Assembly (NCBI GenBank): GCA_022865705.1
Contig: JALHTG010000019.1
Coordinates: 11,920 to 75,919 of the forward strand
Source of the DNA: Candidatus Bathyarchaeota archaeon
Lineage (GTDB): Archaea > Thermoproteota > Bathyarchaeia > 40CM-2-53-6 > JALHTG01
DNA length: 64,000 bases
Direction of reading: 5' to 3'
How positions within the stretch are numbered: position 1 is the first letter of the stretch; every line of letters begins with the position of its first letter. The notes beneath the pieces were generated by a model, which worked only from the letters and a program-made list of their open reading frames with translations, ran no database searches and was not told the DNA's origin. Made by a program: the position numbers and the translations under genes. This document shows, piece by piece, positions 55,777 to 64,000 of this stretch.

Positions 55777-58038
55777 CTACTTTTCGTCTTCTTCTCGATA
55801 CTTAGTGGTCAGAATCTCTCGGATTCTTTCCGAGATCTTCTGGCCTATCCCTTCAACTTCGCTGAGTTTCTCCTTGCTGGCTGTGAACACATTCTCCACG
55901 GTTTCGAACCTCTTCAAAAGGTCTCTTGATCGAACCGCATCTATGTGGGGAAGGCCAGCCACAATGAATTCCTGCAATTCCTCGACACTAGCTGGCTTGC
56001 GCTCAGCCCTAACTCTGGGTTCGCGCCTCTCCTTGATCTGTTCACGTCGGGCAATTGAGTACAAAAGCAAAGCCGTCTGCTCTGGGTTCTTCGTTGAAAC
56101 AACAGGGATCTGATAGTCCACTAGCACGCTAGCAACGGCGCCGGCCAGAGATTCGGGGCTGATCCCTCTTGCAGACACATCTTTGTCCCCCTCCACCAGT
56201 AGTATGGATAGCTGATACGAGTTTCTCATCGTGGCCAGTTGATCAAAAAGACGGCCATCCATTACTGAGCTTGCCAGATCGTCGACGGTCTTGCGTTCTA
56301 CTGCAACCCGATCTGATAGGATGAAGTCTGCGGCCATCAGGCTTTCCATCCTTATTGAGAGATTCAGCTTGGAGAGTTCCTTCACGGTTGGAGAGGAGCC
56401 TTCTCTTGAGTCAACGATAATTGTCACGTCTGTTTTCTGCGGTTGCTCTTTTTCCTCCTTGAACTCTTCCAGCCTTGGTTGTTCACGTGCAGTCTTCGAC
56501 GTAATCTCGATGTTGCGCAAGGCATCCATCATTGTGCGTTCTTTTCTTCTCGCGATCCAATGATATGCTTCATCTCTTGTTCCGACAGCCATCAATATCG
56601 TTGCCTTTCCCGGCCCTTTTCTTCCTGTTCTTCCTCTTCGTTGGATGAATCTGATGGCGCTGGGAACATTGTCGTAGAAGATGACCTCGTCACATTCCGC
56701 TATGTCCAAGCCTTCTTCCCCGATTTGTGTGGCTACCAGCACGTTGTAGATCCCTTGTTTGAACTGTTCCAGTGCAGTCGCCTGTTCCTTTTGTGATAGT
56801 CCCTTGTCCTCACCCTTTGTGAGCTGACCGACAAGTCGTACCGCCGATATTCCTGGAAGGGAGTTGGCTGTTTCGAGGAGCTTGGCGGCTGTGCTGCGGT
56901 AGTTCGTGAAGACCATGATTCTTCTGGCACCTTTTTCCAGTGCTTCCTTGAGCTCTTTGGTCAGTTCCCCGATTTTCGGGTGATCGATTCCCTCCTTCAT
57001 CGCGGCGTTTACTAGCAGAAGTGATCGCTGCACTTGCTCGTGGTCCATCATCTTCCTCAAAGCGGAAGATGGTCTTGTATTCATCTTTGTCTTCAACGAT
57101 TCGATGTGCTTGTTGAGTGATGAGAATCCTTGCGTTTCCAGTAACTCTATGGCCTTGATGGCGTGAATGCATGAGTATAGTCCCGAAGAGACTGCCCGCA
57201 GTTCCTCTTTTGATACAGCGGTTGACGTACGCAATTGGCGAATACTCTGTCTTGCTTCCAAGATATCTCTAATCTTAACTCTGTCAGGAACGATTTGGGT
57301 GAGTGTGCCCAGTTTCTGAGCTGCTCTTACTTGTTCTCTCAAGAACTCTTGAAACCCATGTCTCGTGTCATGGAAGATCTGGGGAAGAACTATGCTCTTC
57401 CATATCACTTCAAGTCCGCCTACGTATGGTTTCACGTCCGGGCTTGAAATGGTCCGGGCCTCCACTTGTCGAATGTGAAGGTTCCTACATACTTCCTCTA
57501 TGGCTTCTCTTGTAGAGCCAGGCGACGCTGTTAGTCCTAAGATCAATGAGTTTGGCTCTCGGGCATATTGTGGGCCTATGAACGCGTATGCGTAGTCACC
57601 CACTGCTCTATGTGCTTCATCAAAAACAAGCAGAACTACATCACGCAACTGAAGACGTTTCGTAATGAGATCGTTCATGACGACTTGAGGCGTGGAAAAG
57701 ACAACTCTTTTGTTCCATAGATCAACTCTCTGAGCTGGAGGAGTCACTCCGGTTATCGCAACCATGTCATCAGAATCAACCGCAAGTAGCTTGATGAAGG
57801 TCTTGTAATGTTGAAGAGTAAGTGGCCGTGTAGGGGCCATTATTATGACTCTGCCGTTTGGAAACAGTTTCAGTCTTTCGGCAACTACTAGCGCTGCCAC
57901 TACAGTCTTTCCCAAACCGGTTGGGAGACAAACTAGAGTGTTTACTTTGAGACATTGACCTGCAATTCGTTCTTGGTAACTCCTTCTCTCGACCGCCTTC
58001 TCTCGTATTATAGGGTGTTCTACAAAGCTTTCCGTCAT
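55777..58038 (-). CDS. hef: Hef (FANCM-like helicase fused to ERCC4 nuclease)
   Basis: LPTGLGKT, FDEAHRA, GLTASPG and QRRGRTGR. C-terminal VDSRE, VERKT nuclease and HhH motifs. Confidence 0.96.
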   Translation of the reverse strand: MTESFVEHPIIREKAVERRSYQERIAGQCLKVNTLVCLPTGLGKTVVAALVVAERLKLFPNGRVIIMAPTRPLTLQHYKTFIKLLAVDSDDMVAITGVTPPAQRVDLWNKRVVFSTPQVVMNDLITKRLQLRDVVLLVFDEAHRAVGDYAYAFIGPQYAREPNSLILGLTASPGSTREAIEEVCRNLHIRQVEARTISSPDVKPYVGGLEVIWKSIVLPQIFHDTRHGFQEFLREQVRAAQKLGTLTQIVPDRVKIRDILEARQSIRQLRTSTAVSKEELRAVSSGLYSCIHAIKAIELLETQGFSSLNKHIESLKTKMNTRPSSALRKMMDHEQVQRSLLLVNAAMKEGIDHPKIGELTKELKEALEKGARRIMVFTNYRSTAAKLLETANSLPGISAVRLVGQLTKGEDKGLSQKEQATALEQFKQGIYNVLVATQIGEEGLDIAECDEVIFYDNVPSAIRFIQRRGRTGRKGPGKATILMAVGTRDEAYHWIARRKERTMMDALRNIEITSKTAREQPRLEEFKEEKEQPQKTDVTIIVDSREGSSPTVKELSKLNLSIRMESLMAADFILSDRVAVERKTVDDLASSVMDGRLFDQLATMRNSYQLSILLVEGDKDVSARGISPESLAGAVASVLVDYQIPVVSTKNPEQTALLLYSIARREQIKERREPRVRAERKPASVEELQEFIVAGLPHIDAVRSRDLLKRFETVENVFTASKEKLSEVEGIGQKISERIREILTTKYREEDEK

Positions 58039-58181
58039 CGGATTTCTCCTATCGACATACGCGATAGGCTGCTCTCCAACTGCCCTTCTCATGAGTAGTC
58101 AACCGACAGATGCAAATAGTCTATGCTCTGTCCGTATTAGAGTGAACGAGCAACCAAGGGAGATTCTGTTCGACAACTATT

Positions 58182-58802
58182 TCATCTCTGGAAATGAATT
58201 TTATCCAGAGACCGAAGAACAATCTCCATGATCTCTTTTCTGACAACATCCCGGTTTCTATACGAGTCTATCTTGACTAACTCACCAGACTTCACTAAGT
58301 CAAGGTAGATCTCTCTTACCTTCTTCTCCAGATCCAGATTTTCAAGTGTGCTTCTGCTTCTCTTCCTTGCAAGCCCTGTCTCAGGCAGAACGTCCAGATA
58401 CAGAGCCAAATCAGGCCTGATCGCAAAACAGTTGATTTGCTTTATCCAGTCTGGTGCCAGGCCTTGTGCCCCTTGGTAAGCAAGTGAGGAATAGACGTAT
58501 CTGTCTGAAACGACGATCTTGTTTGCATCAAGCATAGGAATTATCTCAGAAGTTAGGTGGTGGAACCTGTCTGCAGCGAAAAGTAGTGCCTCTATTTGCG
58601 GAGCAACCTTGGTTTCACGAAGAAACTTCTGCGCAATGAATTGTCCTATGGGCGACTTGCTTGGTTCCGTCGTATAAGCTACATCATAGTCAAGAACACG
58701 TAGTTGTTCGCAGAGCATTTTCGAATGGACGGTTTTTCCACATCCATCGATTCCATCAAGGACGACGAAGAAACCTTTTCTGGTGGAAGACAAGGCTCCC
58801 AT
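58182..58802 (-). CDS. tmk: Thymidylate kinase
   Basis: DGIDGCGKT, LLFAADR and SDRYVYSSLAYQG. Confidence 0.95.
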   Translation of the reverse strand: MGALSSTRKGFFVVLDGIDGCGKTVHSKMLCEQLRVLDYDVAYTTEPSKSPIGQFIAQKFLRETKVAPQIEALLFAADRFHHLTSEIIPMLDANKIVVSDRYVYSSLAYQGAQGLAPDWIKQINCFAIRPDLALYLDVLPETGLARKRSRSTLENLDLEKKVREIYLDLVKSGELVKIDSYRNRDVVRKEIMEIVLRSLDKIHFQR

Positions 58803-59045
58803 ATCCGACAATTGTGAACAGAAAGCATCTGTACTATCGCACTGTATAAAAACAGATGCCGTTCGCTTATGCGATCTAGTACCGCCGACGGGACGGTCGG
58901 ACGGGTTGCGTCGTATGGATGATGCATTCTTTGGTTTCAGTCAAAAACCAGAAGTAATATTATGTCGGTTAAACAAGGCTAGATGGCAAGAGAGCTTTCA
59001 AGAACATGTTAGAGTTCTCTCTATGTTGTGAGGCATCAGATAGAA

Positions 59046-60335
59046 ATGTCTGAGTCCAAGGATCTATCCGCCTTTTGGGGGTTCATAAAGGATCCCCTCT
59101 ACGGTTACATTCGACTCAAGGAAGCTGAGAAGAACATACTCGATACAAAGGCTGTTCAAAGGCTACGTCGAATAAAGCAGCTTAGTGGAGCAGAATATGT
59201 CTACCCTGCCGCTAATCATACCCGAATCGAGCACTCTCTTGGTGCACTCTATCTTGCTGGCACCTTGGCGTCGAGCATACCTGTGCGATTGAAACCTGAC
59301 GATGTCAAGATGCTGAGGGTAGCCGCCTTGCTGCATGATGTTGGGCACCTTCCCTTCTCTCACCTCTTTGAGCCTACTATGAGAGAGGTCTTGGGAAAGA
59401 CACACGAAGACTTAGGCACATGGATAATTACCAAATCTGATCTTGCAGACACGCTGCGGAAAGAAGGAATAGACCCCGATGAAATGGGCAAACTTGCAGT
59501 CGGTCTTCTGAAAGATGGCCAGAAGCCGTTCATGAATCAAATCATACGAAGTTCAGTTGATGTAGACAAGATGGATTTCATTCTTAGGGACTCATATCAT
59601 ACAGGTGCAGGGTATGGCACAGTAGACATTTTTCGTCTCATCTACACAATGGATGTGTTGGATGGGGATCTGGCAGTGAACTCTACCGCGATTCCAACCC
59701 TCGAAACCTTTCTGTTAGCGCGTCTCGAATCTTTCAGAACGATATATTTCCACAGGGCTTCCAGAGCAGCGCAAATAATGGTGCAGGAAGCATTGAAGTT
59801 AGCTGAGCCGGAGTTGAAGCTCCTATCTTTCAGAACTCCGGAAGAATATCTCGCTATGGACGACTACTGTGTCTGGTCTAGACTCAAATCATGTGCTAGA
59901 TCGAAATCACTTATTGAAGATCTTGAGAATCGGAGACTGATCAAATGCTGCTACGAGAAAACAACCTTCGCGAAGGATGAACTGGTTTCCAGTGTTTTCA
60001 CCAATGATTCAGTACGGAAGAACGTGGAGCGAGAAATAGCCCGCAAGGCAAAGGTAGACCCGGAACAGGTTTACATCGATGTTCCTTCTCTTCCCTCTGT
60101 ACCATACCACTACGCCATGCAGATGGAACCGATGGACATTCCTGTTTTTCACGAAACCAGAGACGGAAAGAAGGTTCGACTCAGGTTGACCGATCTCTCT
60201 CAGATAGTCAGTGTGATGCGCGTATTCATGAACATAGTTCGTGTATACTCAGTCCAAAAGCATCGGGATGCCGTGATGAGAGCTTCGGAAGAAGTTCTCG
60301 GAAAACCAACGCTCTCTTCGCAAGTATCCTACTGA
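59046..60335 (+). CDS. HD-superfamily phosphohydrolase (dNTPase-like)
   Basis: QRLRRIKQL, HTRIEHSLG, LLHDVGHLPFSH and DVDKMDFILRD. Confidence 0.92.
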   Translation: MSESKDLSAFWGFIKDPLYGYIRLKEAEKNILDTKAVQRLRRIKQLSGAEYVYPAANHTRIEHSLGALYLAGTLASSIPVRLKPDDVKMLRVAALLHDVGHLPFSHLFEPTMREVLGKTHEDLGTWIITKSDLADTLRKEGIDPDEMGKLAVGLLKDGQKPFMNQIIRSSVDVDKMDFILRDSYHTGAGYGTVDIFRLIYTMDVLDGDLAVNSTAIPTLETFLLARLESFRTIYFHRASRAAQIMVQEALKLAEPELKLLSFRTPEEYLAMDDYCVWSRLKSCARSKSLIEDLENRRLIKCCYEKTTFAKDELVSSVFTNDSVRKNVEREIARKAKVDPEQVYIDVPSLPSVPYHYAMQMEPMDIPVFHETRDGKKVRLRLTDLSQIVSVMRVFMNIVRVYSVQKHRDAVMRASEEVLGKPTLSSQVSY

Positions 60336-60667
60336 TTTTGTTTCGGAGAAAGGTCATCCAGAAGGGCTGCTGCGATTCTAATTCCTTCGGCTTCTGATGT
60401 TTCCACATGGACCGAGGCTAGGCTCATCTTTCCAAAGACACCAGCGATTCTCTCAGCTAGGGCCCTAGCAGACAACATATGTTTTCCCCCTAGCAATATT
60501 GAAGATGTTACCACTTGACTATTTGCTGGTGCCGGCAAAGCGATAGCAAGAGTTCCAAGCTTCATATTTCTCTCGTAGAAGAATGCTAGGACCGCATTAC
60601 TAAGTTCCAACAGACTCAGAAGAAATACTCTTCCATTCTTCTCCATGCTCGCATTCTTGAACGACAT
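60329..60667 (-). CDS. Hypothetical protein (possibly proteasome assembly chaperone 4-like)
   Basis: 112 aa. KLGTLAIALP...SSILLG...ARALAERIA...LASV pattern is reminiscent of PAC4/POC4. Confidence 0.5.
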   Translation of the reverse strand: MSFKNASMEKNGRVFLLSLLELSNAVLAFFYERNMKLGTLAIALPAPANSQVVTSSILLGGKHMLSARALAERIAGVFGKMSLASVHVETSEAEGIRIAAALLDDLSPKQNQ

Positions 60668-60739
60668 AGCTAATCCTCGGTAAGTCTGTTGTCAATCAAC
60701 ATATGGAGATCTAGAGTAGTCATCTCCTATGTCTCAACC

Positions 60740-61825
60740 TCAGGATGTGAGTTCCTTTCCGGAAGGGTCGAGTTTTACAGCGCCAAACTCAATCGTTTTT
60801 ACCAGTCCTCTGAAAGGAGTGTAAACCTTCATAATTCGCTCTTTCTGCTCCACACCTTTCAAAATCCCTATGTTGAGAAGTAGTTCGTCGTCATCCAAGA
60901 ATCCTGTCATCGAATTGAGTTTTTGAGGCGCACCTCTCAATCTACCGTTTCTCAATTCCGCCCCCACAAGTTTCACCTGAGTGAAGTCTATGTTTCGACA
61001 GATACTGTTCGCAAGATGTTTTCTGTACGCTAGCTCTCTTAGCCTCCTTCTTTCCTCTCGCCCTCTTTTCTTTATGATTGTTGGAGGGTAAACAATAACC
61101 GCGGTAGTCTTTGTTGCGTTTACTATGGAACCCAATTGATCATCAGTTTGTATCGCGGCCACGAGGTCTGGGCAGACTTCACTAATCATTCTGGCCTTGA
61201 AAGCGCAGGCTTCGTCGCCCGTAGTCCAACCATCGGTGTTTATGATCAGAGGGTCTTGACCAGTCGAACGTTCCATGAGTTTCTTTATGCCCGAGATAAC
61301 CTTGTCCTTGACCAGCGTCGGACTAGTGTGTCCCACAAAGAACATCGAAATAGGGTTAAGATCTGCCAGCGATAACAAGTACTCATCCGTCGTCCCAAGC
61401 CCAATTGTTGCAGGTGGGCCTATGTCAGACTGGCCTACGTCTGCATCGATCACCGATACCCGCTGATATTTCTCCAAAAGCATGTTAGTGAGATAGGTGC
61501 ATAGAGTGCTCTTCCCTGAATCTGTGGGTCCAATAGCAAGGATCTTTGGATTTGGCAGTTCTAGGGTTGTATTGGCGAGGTTCTCCCAGGAACTTGGTAT
61601 TGTAGTTCCTGTAAACTCCCTGCGGCTGGCTACCTCCCCCAAAGAGACTTGGAGGACGCTATTGGTCACCGCCTCAATCGGAATCTGTCTATCTTCTCTT
61701 ACGAGTAGTCTTTCTTCTTTTTTAATAGGCGCACCTAAAACTTCTGCCTCACCCTCAATCAACACCAGTGATGCTGGGCCGGAGACCAGCAGGGTTCTTC
61801 CTGCGGCCAGAGTCGCTTTTTCCAT
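60740..61825 (-). CDS. clp1: Clp1/Nol9-family polynucleotide 5'-hydroxyl kinase
   Basis: GPTDSGKSTL, DADVGQSDIGPP, INTDGW and RGREERRRLRE lid. N-terminal beta domain (IEGEAEVLGAPI). Confidence 0.88.
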   Translation of the reverse strand: MEKATLAAGRTLLVSGPASLVLIEGEAEVLGAPIKKEERLLVREDRQIPIEAVTNSVLQVSLGEVASRREFTGTTIPSSWENLANTTLELPNPKILAIGPTDSGKSTLCTYLTNMLLEKYQRVSVIDADVGQSDIGPPATIGLGTTDEYLLSLADLNPISMFFVGHTSPTLVKDKVISGIKKLMERSTGQDPLIINTDGWTTGDEACAFKARMISEVCPDLVAAIQTDDQLGSIVNATKTTAVIVYPPTIIKKRGREERRRLRELAYRKHLANSICRNIDFTQVKLVGAELRNGRLRGAPQKLNSMTGFLDDDELLLNIGILKGVEQKERIMKVYTPFRGLVKTIEFGAVKLDPSGKELTS

Positions 61826-61907
61826 CGTGCGCCTCGTCCTTGAACGTTCCTTATGCATTTAAGGTAATCTCGGGTGAAGATATGGCCAAAATAAAGATGG
61901 ACCACAG

Positions 61908-62612
61908 TTGACATCCCGACCAAGTGTAGTCTCGACCAGATGCCCATCCCTCGATGCAATACTTCAAGGAGGATTCCCATTCTCTCGGCTTAGCCTCGTC
62001 TATGGAGAAGCTTCGACCGGAAAGACGACCTTGGCCACTCAATGTTCGATCGAATGTGCCAGCAGAGGCCTCAAGACGCTGTACATCGATGCAGATAGAT
62101 CATTTTCACATACTCGACTCTCCCAACTAGCAGAGGGTGACTTCGAGAAGATCGGTGAAGGTATCATTCTGTTTGTGCCCGAGACTTTCTCAGAGCAAAG
62201 ATCACTGGTTGAGCGAATAGAGAGTTTCATCACAGGAAGCACTGGGCTAATAGTAGTGGACACCATAACTTCACTCTATCGTTCTTTTCTGGGACCGACA
62301 GAAAAGGTGTTTGTGCAGAACAGAGAGTTGAACAGGCAACTGGCGTATCTCGCAGAGTTAGCCTCAATGAGACATGTGGCAGTGCTTCTCATAAGCCAAG
62401 TTCACGCTCTCCCCTTTCGCCCTGGTCATCAAATTGAACCTGTGGCGAAACGTATCCTTACATACTGGTCCGAGGTCGTACTGAAGCTAACCTCAACAGC
62501 AAACCCCATGGTGAAAGAGGCTCGGCTCGAACGATACTGTTCAGCTAACATTCCTATCGCATCATGTTTCTTGAAGATAACCGAAAGAGGATTGGTAAAG
62601 GCTGATGTGTAG
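61908..62612 (+). CDS. radB: DNA repair and recombination protein RadB
   Basis: LDAILQGG, YGEASTGKTT, VVDTITSLYR and LISQV; lacks the RadA N-terminal domain. Confidence 0.88.
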   Translation: MTSRPSVVSTRCPSLDAILQGGFPFSRLSLVYGEASTGKTTLATQCSIECASRGLKTLYIDADRSFSHTRLSQLAEGDFEKIGEGIILFVPETFSEQRSLVERIESFITGSTGLIVVDTITSLYRSFLGPTEKVFVQNRELNRQLAYLAELASMRHVAVLLISQVHALPFRPGHQIEPVAKRILTYWSEVVLKLTSTANPMVKEARLERYCSANIPIASCFLKITERGLVKADV

Positions 62613-62651
62613 GGCTACTCATCTTCGGGAATATGAGGGAAGGATGGTTCA

Positions 62652-63158
62652 TTGGAACTGGTCATAGACCTGGCGGACGTGCTGTCAGCTCTTCTCTTCA
62701 TCATTCCTTCATATGCGGCCAACTCAGTTCCAGCAATCTTTGGAGGGGGAACTCCAATAGATCTTGGAAGAAGGTTCATTGATGGTGAGAGGATATTTGG
62801 TTCTCACAAGACAATCAAGGGGTTCGCTAGTGGGCTTTCTGCTGGCTTTCTCGTTTCTATTCTGATAGGGGCCCTCTTCTCAGTTGAGTTTTTTGTCTCT
62901 TCCGCTCTGATATCAATAGGGGCTCTGGGAGGCGATCTTCTCGGAGCATTCATCAAGAGGCGCTTGAAGCTTCCTCCAGGCTATCCATTGCCGTTGCTGG
63001 ATCAGCTTGACTTCGTTTTTGGTGGATTGTTGATTCTATATCCTTTCTATGGGCTGAGTTCAGGGGCAGTCTTTCTTATCTTGGTAGTTACCCCAGCCAT
63101 TCACGTGCTTGCGAACATGATAGCCTATCTTCTGAGGTTCAAGGAGACCTTCTGGTAG
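62652..63158 (+). CDS. carS: CDP-archaeol synthase
   Basis: PSYAANSVP, PIDLG, RIFGSHKT, GDLLGAFIKRR and LLDQLDF. Confidence 0.94.
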   Translation: MELVIDLADVLSALLFIIPSYAANSVPAIFGGGTPIDLGRRFIDGERIFGSHKTIKGFASGLSAGFLVSILIGALFSVEFFVSSALISIGALGGDLLGAFIKRRLKLPPGYPLPLLDQLDFVFGGLLILYPFYGLSSGAVFLILVVTPAIHVLANMIAYLLRFKETFW

Positions 63159-63166
63159 ATTTTACA

Positions 63167-63616
63167 CTAGTAGCCTATTTTTGATGATAGGAACGAGGTG
63201 CAATAATAGACTGCGATGAGTGTGACCATAAGTCCAAGGATGAGTGTAATGTAGGCTTGTCTTGGATTGTAGACTTGGCGAGTACTTCTGAGAAGTAGGT
63301 AGAGGCCCAGCACCCCGAGGAAATAAAGAAGGCCGGCCAATATACTCTCGTTCAAAGTCTGAATGCTAATGCTGCCTTTATAGACGAACGTCCATCCTGA
63401 CCCTTTCGGTAATAGAGCAAGGGGTGTCTCCAATATGTCGAAAACTCCACCAGCCAAGATGAAGACCACGAAGAACATCATAGCGAAGACAAGAAGAGTC
63501 GTGGATGGCCTTCTCGCTCTTGTTTGTGGAATTCCTATTGCGCGAAATCTGTAGCCAAGATTCACGAAGAATCTCCTTGCTCTCCACGAGATCTTGCCGA
63601 CCCTATTCTTCAGCAT
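63167..63616 (-). CDS. OSTC/DC2 (OST3/OST6-family) oligosaccharyltransferase subunit-like membrane protein
   Basis: 149 aa, 3 TM. AGGVFDILETP, QTLNESILAGLLYFLGVLGLYLL and terminal FLSSKIGY parallel eukaryotic DC2 motifs. Confidence 0.7.
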   Translation of the reverse strand: MLKNRVGKISWRARRFFVNLGYRFRAIGIPQTRARRPSTTLLVFAMMFFVVFILAGGVFDILETPLALLPKGSGWTFVYKGSISIQTLNESILAGLLYFLGVLGLYLLLRSTRQVYNPRQAYITLILGLMVTLIAVYYCTSFLSSKIGY

Positions 63617-63797
63617 TTGGCGTCCAACACCATGTCCCCAGACACTTATGACAGGGTAAACTTAAGCATATCCCAAGATATCTTGCATGCATTGATCACC
63701 AAAACTCTAGAATTTCTCGTGGTACAGAGTTGTGAGTGTCAAAATAAGGTTAAAATACATTGGCCTTTTCGTATAGCGCAGAAGCCGTGAAGAACAT

Positions 63798-63983
63798 ATG
63801 CCCCAAAAGATTCTATGCTCAGCCTGCAATACCCCTCTTTACGATGGCTTCGAACTCGAATCTCCTCTTGAGATTATTCAGAGGAATGGTGGGGCATGTC
63901 CAAAGTGTGGGCGAAAGCTTAGCTTTGACCCAGACGCCATCAAAATAATTCCCGTCGAAGAGATGAAGAGTCAGAAGAGATAG
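63798..63983 (+). CDS. Small zinc-ribbon protein
   Basis: CSAC...CPKCG; 61 aa. Confidence 0.75.
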   Translation: MPQKILCSACNTPLYDGFELESPLEIIQRNGGACPKCGRKLSFDPDAIKIIPVEEMKSQKR

Positions 63984-64000
63984 GGTTTAAGCTTATCAAC

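Noticed and set aside
58881-58906. GC-rich hairpin CCGAC-N6-GTCGG between tmk and the HD hydrolase gene
   Set aside because: Short stem compatible with chance; no recognisable RNA family.

Overview
This is an archaeal chromosomal window. The combination of PolD, Elf1, SegAB, Hef, CarS and UPF0147/0148 points to a TACK lineage, most like Bathyarchaeia (inferred). It holds a replication and segregation hub (11.6-25 kb): polD large subunit, elf1, segB-segA with a divergent segC-like gene, hypF, two winged-helix genes, a likely oriC with inverted ORB boxes, orc1/cdc6, DUF99 and polD small subunit. It also contains a tRNA-Leu(CAG) with three non-canonical BHB introns, an uncharacterised four-gene membrane operon next to a D-aminoacylase, and a peptide/amino-acid catabolic region (28-50 kb) with a Liv-type ABC transporter interrupted by a frameshifted 1140-bp IS. 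A housekeeping block runs from 51 to 64 kb (ahcY, udgB, hef, tmk, HD hydrolase, clp1, radB, carS, and an OSTC/DC2-like membrane protein). The most unexpected sequence-level signal is seven (GC)4/(CG)4 octamers, all lying in intergenic DNA or gene fragments, often at module boundaries, and resembling the GCGCGC tips of the resident IS. Two small membrane proteins below the ORF-track cutoff were also found. No CRISPR array, rRNA or intein was seen. All family assignments are from motif recognition, not database searches.
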